The position numbers were made by a program, and so were the translations under genes. Source: a virus (Duplodnaviria > Caudoviricetes). From it: 27,776 bases of DNA. The stretch covers positions 1-27,776 of IMG/VR virus record IMGVR_UViG_3300032219_001080; one strand, given 5' to 3'. The notes under the pieces were generated by a model. It saw only the letters and a program-made list of their open reading frames with translations, was not told the DNA's origin and made no database searches. Of this stretch, positions 22,797-27,776 are shown piece after piece; within the stretch, counting starts at the first letter, position 1; every line of letters begins with the position of its first letter.

Positions 22797-24352
22797 TGGC
22801 TGCAAGTGACGACCTCAAAACGCTTGACAACCTTCTTAAAGACCCGAACCTTCAACTTGGTGGTTCTGTCAAATACAAGAACAAGTCTTACACCCTTGCT
22901 GAACTTGCTGCTGAAAGAAATAAAGTTTTCATACAGGTTCGCCAGCAACAAACCAATGCACCTTCTGACTTCCGTGCACAAGAGCAACCATCTGAGTTTG
23001 CCCAAACGCTAAGTAGCGGTGTTGCTAAGGCTCAGAAAGATGTTGATGATGCCCAAGACAAATTGGATAGTGCTATCAACCAGAACAAAGGTGTTGCTGA
23101 AGCCCAGCGTGTTCTTTCTACGGCATTCCGCAAATTGCAGGCTGTTAACCCAAACGACAAAAGGCTTGAAGGAGTTGTCGTTCCTAGCATTTCTCGTTCT
23201 GGTGCGGAACGTGAAGGTGGAACTAGCGATATAGGTATTGCTGACCCTACTCTTGCTGACCGTGCAACCGAAGAATCAATCAAGAAGCGAACAGATGAAG
23301 AAAAAGCAACAGGTATAACCAGCGTTAAAACCATTGTAGAAAATGGCGTCCAAATGCAGTTAACAACTTACGCCAATGGCGATGTCAAAAAAACACCTCT
23401 TGTATCATCCGCCGCCGCAGGAACGGCAGGTGTAACAGCATCTGCTGGCGTAACTCCAGCCGTCACAAAACCAGGCAAGGGACCAAAAGTTACAGCAGCC
23501 GCAGTCGCCCCATCAACAGACTGGGAAACAACATTCCGTTCAACCTTCCCATCAAAAGCATGGTTGCTAGACCAAGACCGCAGCAAATACCCACAACTAT
23601 TTGCCCTCTTGCAAAAGGCTCACGACGAAAAATACTATGAATCAACTGAAGGTCAAGCACGATTTGCTGCCGAACTTCAAGGCGTTGACTTCTACCGTGA
23701 ACTAGCCACATCAGGAAAAGTCCGTGAAATCAAAACCATCGTCGGCGACCTCGGCTTCGACAGCACAGACTTCTCCAAGTTCGTCACCGACTCAATCAAC
23801 TTCGGATGGACAGGCGAAACCCTAAAGGCAGAAACCTATAAGGAAGTATTCCGTAAGAACCCTGACGGAACCTACGCGAACCCAACATCGATAAAGCGTG
23901 CCACATCAGGCAATGACTATCTCAATGTGCAGTTGATTGCTAAAAACTATTTCAACTCCGCACCACAATCCAGCATCGAAAGTGTATTGACTGGTGGAAT
24001 TACCACAGCAGACTTTCAACGCCAGCAACGTGAAATTGCCAAGAAGCGTTACGGGCATCTCTCGGACCTCATCGACCAAGGTGTAACCCTTGAAGACTTG
24101 GCAGGCAACTACAAGCAGACAGCAGCCAAACTCTTAGAAGTAGACCCAAACACTATTGACATGTCACAGGGCGACTATGAGGTTGCGTTGTCATTTGGCG
24201 AAGAAGGCAAGAAGCGTGCCATGACCACGGGTGAGTGGGAAAAGTTGTTACGTTCTGATTCCCGCTATGGTTGGGAGAAGACAGAGAACGCTAAGAGCGA
24301 GGCACGTAGCCTTGCTAATAACTTGGCTCAGGCATTTGGAAGGATTATCTAA
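22796..24352 (+). CDS. Putative internal virion protein
   Basis: TAATG-coupled 518-aa ORF with coiled-coil and A/T/G-rich linker. Confidence 0.5.
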   Translation: MAASDDLKTLDNLLKDPNLQLGGSVKYKNKSYTLAELAAERNKVFIQVRQQQTNAPSDFRAQEQPSEFAQTLSSGVAKAQKDVDDAQDKLDSAINQNKGVAEAQRVLSTAFRKLQAVNPNDKRLEGVVVPSISRSGAEREGGTSDIGIADPTLADRATEESIKKRTDEEKATGITSVKTIVENGVQMQLTTYANGDVKKTPLVSSAAAGTAGVTASAGVTPAVTKPGKGPKVTAAAVAPSTDWETTFRSTFPSKAWLLDQDRSKYPQLFALLQKAHDEKYYESTEGQARFAAELQGVDFYRELATSGKVREIKTIVGDLGFDSTDFSKFVTDSINFGWTGETLKAETYKEVFRKNPDGTYANPTSIKRATSGNDYLNVQLIAKNYFNSAPQSSIESVLTGGITTADFQRQQREIAKKRYGHLSDLIDQGVTLEDLAGNYKQTAAKLLEVDPNTIDMSQGDYEVALSFGEEGKKRAMTTGEWEKLLRSDSRYGWEKTENAKSEARSLANNLAQAFGRII

Positions 24353-25425
24353 TGAGTGACATGTTCGGCATCCAGGAGCGCATGGCTAACAGGGAATTCC
24401 CTACAGGTGGCGGAGATGTTGCTCCTCGTAAAGCAATCAGAACCTACTTTGAAGGCAGTGGTGCTAACCGCATGCAAGTTACAGAGTTTGATGATGGTTA
24501 CATTAAACGGGTTTTGGCACCAGAAGAATCTGATGGTGGCGGCGGCGGCGTGACTGAAGACGATGTACGTAAAATCATCCGCAACTTCAATAGCCAACAG
24601 AACCAGCAAGACACAGAAACCGCATCGAGCATTCTTGCAGCCACCCTAAAGTATTACGGTATGGATGAACCTGCCCTACTCGCAGACGTAAAGACCGCAC
24701 TCGCAGACCGACGCATCACAGGCGCATCCACCATCGACGACATCGGAATCCAGTTGCGCGAATCAGAAGCATTCAAACGACGCTTCGCTGGCAACGAAGC
24801 ACGCCGCGCAGCAAACAAACCAGCCTACTCAGTATCCCAATACCTGCAACTAGAGTCCTCATACCGTCAGGTATTGAACGCGGCTGGGATGCCAAACGAC
24901 TTTTACAACGGCAAAGAAGACTTTGAAACATTCATCGCCAACGACATCAGCCCAGACGAAATCCAATTCCGTGTACAACAGGGCTATGCCGCAGTCAAGA
25001 ACGCTGACCCAGCAGTAGTCAACGAACTCAAAACCCTCTACGGGCTAGATGAAGGCACACTTGCCGCCTACTTTATTGACCCAACCAAGACCAAGGACGC
25101 AGTAGTACGTTCCGCACGCGCCGCAGAAATTGCTGCACAATCGCGCAAACAAGCAGGAATCGGACTCAACGTCAGCCAAGCAGAGTCACTGGCTCTACAA
25201 GGTATCACCGAATCACAAGCCCAACAAGGCTTCGCCCAAATCAATCAGCAACAAGAACTACTCAACCCGTTGGTTGGCGAACAAGCACTCACCCAAGAAG
25301 AACTCATCGCAGGAACATTCGGCACAAGTGGTGCAGCAACACAACGAGTAGCAACAACACGACGCCGACGTCAAGCCTCATTCGAAACAGGCGGACAAGC
25401 AGGACTTGGTACTGTCGGGCAGTAG
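24352..25425 (+). CDS. Putative internal virion protein
   Basis: TAATG-coupled 357-aa ORF, Q/A-rich C-terminus. Confidence 0.5.
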   Translation: MSDMFGIQERMANREFPTGGGDVAPRKAIRTYFEGSGANRMQVTEFDDGYIKRVLAPEESDGGGGGVTEDDVRKIIRNFNSQQNQQDTETASSILAATLKYYGMDEPALLADVKTALADRRITGASTIDDIGIQLRESEAFKRRFAGNEARRAANKPAYSVSQYLQLESSYRQVLNAAGMPNDFYNGKEDFETFIANDISPDEIQFRVQQGYAAVKNADPAVVNELKTLYGLDEGTLAAYFIDPTKTKDAVVRSARAAEIAAQSRKQAGIGLNVSQAESLALQGITESQAQQGFAQINQQQELLNPLVGEQALTQEELIAGTFGTSGAATQRVATTRRRRQASFETGGQAGLGTVGQ

Positions 25426-25430
25426 CCTGA

Positions 25431-25459
25431 TTGCATTCTGTCTTACAACAGGATAATGT
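25431..25459 (+). promoter_or_regulatory. Promoter for scaffold/capsid operon
   Basis: TTGCAT-17 bp-TAATGT. Confidence 0.65.
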
Positions 25460-25487
25460 AACAAACGATACTTTGAACAGTAGGAAC

Positions 25488-25584
25488 CTGTGCGGGCGCC
25501 CCCCGACTCGCACGGCGCATACGGGGTGTACCAATCAACTAAGCAGCCATCACTTCCCTCCGATGTGATGTGGGCAAAAGGAGC
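25488..25584 (+). ncRNA. Structured 5' leader with two potential H-type pseudoknots
   Basis: Two hairpins whose C-rich loops are complementary to downstream GGGGUG and to the SD GGAG. Confidence 0.55.
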
Positions 25585-25592
25585 GTGCCATA

Positions 25593-26045
25593 ATGTCACA
25601 GTTTGACAACTACGACGAAGACCAACTGGAAGAAACCGAAACTCGCAATCCGTTGCGGGCAAGGATGAAGCAACTGGAAAAGGAAAACGCAGAAGCCAAA
25701 AAACTTCTTGCGGAAGCCGAATCCGAAAGACGAGAACTAGCCTTTGTGAAGGCGGGTATTGACCCAACCTCACCAATGGCAAAGTACTTTGTCAAAGGAT
25801 ACGACGGCGAACTAAACCCAGAAGCAATCCGTGAGGCTGCAGTCGAGGCGCAATTGATTAGTCCACCCGTAGCACCATCCCAAACCGATGAGGCAAAGGC
25901 TTGGAACCGAACCGCAAAAATTGCGGCAGGTTCACAAACCGCACAGCCTCCAGTCGATTGGGCGCGACGTTTGGAAGAAGCAGAGTCGCCACGAGAAGTT
26001 GAAAAAATTTTGGCAGAGGCACGAGCAGCAATAGATAACTCATAA
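25593..26045 (+). CDS. Capsid scaffolding protein
   Basis: Acidic N-terminus, coiled coil, directly before MCP; AAGGAG SD. Confidence 0.75.
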   Translation: MSQFDNYDEDQLEETETRNPLRARMKQLEKENAEAKKLLAEAESERRELAFVKAGIDPTSPMAKYFVKGYDGELNPEAIREAAVEAQLISPPVAPSQTDEAKAWNRTAKIAAGSQTAQPPVDWARRLEEAESPREVEKILAEARAAIDNS

Positions 26046-26071
26046 ACCTCTAAACCAAAGGAATAAAAATC

Positions 26072-27037
26072 ATGGCAGGCGAAACCCAACTCTCGTCTCT
26101 GTCCGTAGACCAGGTAGCATTTGACCGTCTCGCGTATTTCGCGTTGCGTTCAGAACTCTTGTTCGACCAGGCAGCAGACGTACAACCAGTACAGCAGGCA
26201 ATGCCAGGTACAGGCGTAACATTCACCATCTTCAGCGACATTGCAGCAGCAACGTCAACGTTGAACGAAGTTACCGACGTAACCCCAACAGCATTGTCCG
26301 ACAGCCAAGTAACCGTAACCCTCAACGAATACGGTAACGCAGTAGTAACCACCGCCAAGTTGCGTGGAACAGCGTTCTTGGATGTTGACTCAGCAGCAGC
26401 AAACATCATCGGATACAACGCAGGCGATTCAATCGACCAGGTTATCCGTGAAGTTCTTGCTGGCGGAACCAACGTTGTTTACGCAACGGGTGGCTCGACC
26501 ACACCTTCAAGCCGTGTAACGGTCCAGGCAGAAGACATCATCGCTGCTGACGACGTTCGCAGGGTAACAGCACAGTTGCGTGCAGCAAACGTTGCTACGT
26601 TTGATGGCTCGTACCTCGGCTACATTCACCCAGACGTTTCGTACGACTTCCGTTCGGCAACTGACGCAGCAGCATGGCGCACCCCTGCTAACTACGTCAA
26701 CCCAGAGGGAATCTACAACGGCGAAATCGGCAAGTTCGAATCCGTACGTTTCATTGAAACCCCACGTGCCAAGGTATTCACCGACGCATCAAACGGAACC
26801 AGCACAACTGGCAACATTGACGTGTATTGCACACACATCATGGGTCGTCAGGCTCTTGCAAAGGCATACAGCGTACAAGACGGAAACGGTGCAGTACCGA
26901 AGATTGTCCGTGGTAACGTAACCGACATCCTGATGCGCTTGCAGCCATTGGGTTGGTACTGGTTGGGTGGCTATGGTCGCTTCCGCGAAGCATCACTACG
27001 CCGCATTGAGTCATCCTCAAGCATTGGCTCCAACTAA
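26072..27037 (+). CDS. Major capsid protein (HK97 fold, N4-gp56-like family)
   Basis: 321 aa; L.E...P, TL.EYGN, YIHPDV.YD.R, GEIG....VRFIET, GWY..G motifs; followed by terminator. Confidence 0.88.
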   Translation: MAGETQLSSLSVDQVAFDRLAYFALRSELLFDQAADVQPVQQAMPGTGVTFTIFSDIAAATSTLNEVTDVTPTALSDSQVTVTLNEYGNAVVTTAKLRGTAFLDVDSAAANIIGYNAGDSIDQVIREVLAGGTNVVYATGGSTTPSSRVTVQAEDIIAADDVRRVTAQLRAANVATFDGSYLGYIHPDVSYDFRSATDAAAWRTPANYVNPEGIYNGEIGKFESVRFIETPRAKVFTDASNGTSTTGNIDVYCTHIMGRQALAKAYSVQDGNGAVPKIVRGNVTDILMRLQPLGWYWLGGYGRFREASLRRIESSSSIGSN

Positions 27038-27057
27038 TAACTGACAACAGTTAAAGC

Positions 27058-27105
27058 AAAAGCCCCTCATTTCCCCTAGTACGGGAGGTGGGGGGCTTTC
27101 GTTTT
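27058..27105 (+). terminator. Intrinsic terminator after MCP
   Basis: AAAGCCCCTCATTTCCC...GGGAGGTGGGGGGCTTT stem with G-U pairs, followed by CGTTTT. Confidence 0.8.
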
Positions 27106-27113
27106 GCTATAGT
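27105..27113 (+). promoter_or_regulatory. Extended -10 promoter for tail genes
   Basis: TG-C-TATAGT upstream of AAAGG SD and ATG 27136. Confidence 0.5.
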
Positions 27114-27135
27114 CATATGATACGAAAGGTTTACA

Positions 27136-27504
27136 ATGTCAATTTCTAACTATGCGGAATTAAAGATTTTGGAACACACCACGGGTAAGACTGCGTGGAC
27201 TATTCCTACGAACGTTTATGTGAAGTTGCATACCGCTGACCCAGGTGAGGCTGGCACTACTGCTGCTGCTACCGAGACAACTCGCAAGGTTGCTGCTTGG
27301 GCTACTGCTGCTTCTGGTGCTATTGCGACTTCTGCGACTATTGAGTGGACGAACGTTTCTACTACGGAAACCTATTCGCATTGGTCGTTGTGGGATGCGT
27401 CTACTGCTGGTAACTGTTTGTGGACTGGTGCTTTGGCTTCTTCTGCTGCTGTTACGGCTGGCGATACTTTCCAGATTACTTCTCTTACGTTGACGCTCGA
27501 CTAG
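27136..27504 (+). CDS. Virion structural protein (tail/head-associated)
   Basis: SNY.E..IL, YV.LHT.DPGE, WDA.TAGN.L..G.L, GDT pattern; Thr/Ala-rich beta protein. Confidence 0.65.
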   Translation: MSISNYAELKILEHTTGKTAWTIPTNVYVKLHTADPGEAGTTAAATETTRKVAAWATAASGAIATSATIEWTNVSTTETYSHWSLWDASTAGNCLWTGALASSAAVTAGDTFQITSLTLTLD

Positions 27505-27518
27505 GCGGGTAGCCCCTC

Positions 27519-27755
27519 GTGGCAACAGGCTTTCCTACTTCGTTAGATGCGCTAACTAATCCGACTAGTACGGATGCGTTAACGAGTCCGTCTCATGCTG
27601 ACCAACACGCTGATGCTAATGATGCTATTGAGGCGTTGCAGGCTAAAGTAGGCGTGAATGGTTCGGCGGTGGTTGCATCGTTGGATTACAAGGTTTCTAA
27701 CCCTACGAGTAGTGCCGCTTTAGGTGCGATTCTTATTATGGATATTGGAGTTTAG
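27519..27755 (+). CDS. Small structural (fiber-anchor-like) protein
   Basis: FPTSLD..TNP, H...NDAIEALQAKVG pattern typical of fiber N-termini. Confidence 0.55.
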   Translation: MATGFPTSLDALTNPTSTDALTSPSHADQHADANDAIEALQAKVGVNGSAVVASLDYKVSNPTSSAALGAILIMDIGV

Positions 27756-27757
27756 TT

Positions 27758-27776
27758 ATGGCTATTGGTGACAGAA
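27758..27776 (+). CDS. Start of next CDS, truncated
   Basis: GGAG SD then ATG GCT ATT GGT GAC AGA. Confidence 0.5.

Noticed and set aside
13213-27525. Numerous antisense and alternative-frame ORFs within structural genes
   Set aside because: They are shadows of long coding frames with biased codon use; no SDs or motifs.

Overview
This window is most of the genome of a tailed dsDNA phage, very probably infecting Actinobacteria (WhiB gene, Gram-positive-type LexA boxes, IdeR/DtxR-like box). Layout: lysis cassette (1-957); rightward recombination/DNA-metabolism operon with YqaJ exonuclease, Rad52/Sak annealase, RHH regulator, resolvase, SLT, SSB and WhiB (998-6134); a convergent terminator; a leftward operon of small accessory genes headed by a 49-aa ORF and a SprT-like protease (6202-11816); a ~1 kb non-coding control region (11860-12880); then terminase, portal, large probable internal-virion proteins, scaffold, major capsid and the start of the tail genes. 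No polymerase, primase, helicase, replication initiator or integrase is recognisable. The most interesting content is non-coding: (1) a promoter-driven, structured minus-strand RNA beside the terminase that carries three sequence blocks resembling, in order and spacing, the 3' part of the ColE1 RNA II replication primer; (2) a complete type II hammerhead ribozyme in the early operon; (3) a cluster of apparent host transcription-factor sites (four LexA boxes plus IdeR-, Fur/Zur- and OmpR-family-like sites); (4) three T-loop-type junction RNA elements after stop codons; (5) a dispersed 12-bp pseudo-palindrome; (6) a tandem-pseudoknot leader on the capsid operon. Protein calls rest on motifs read by eye; no database search or folding program was run.
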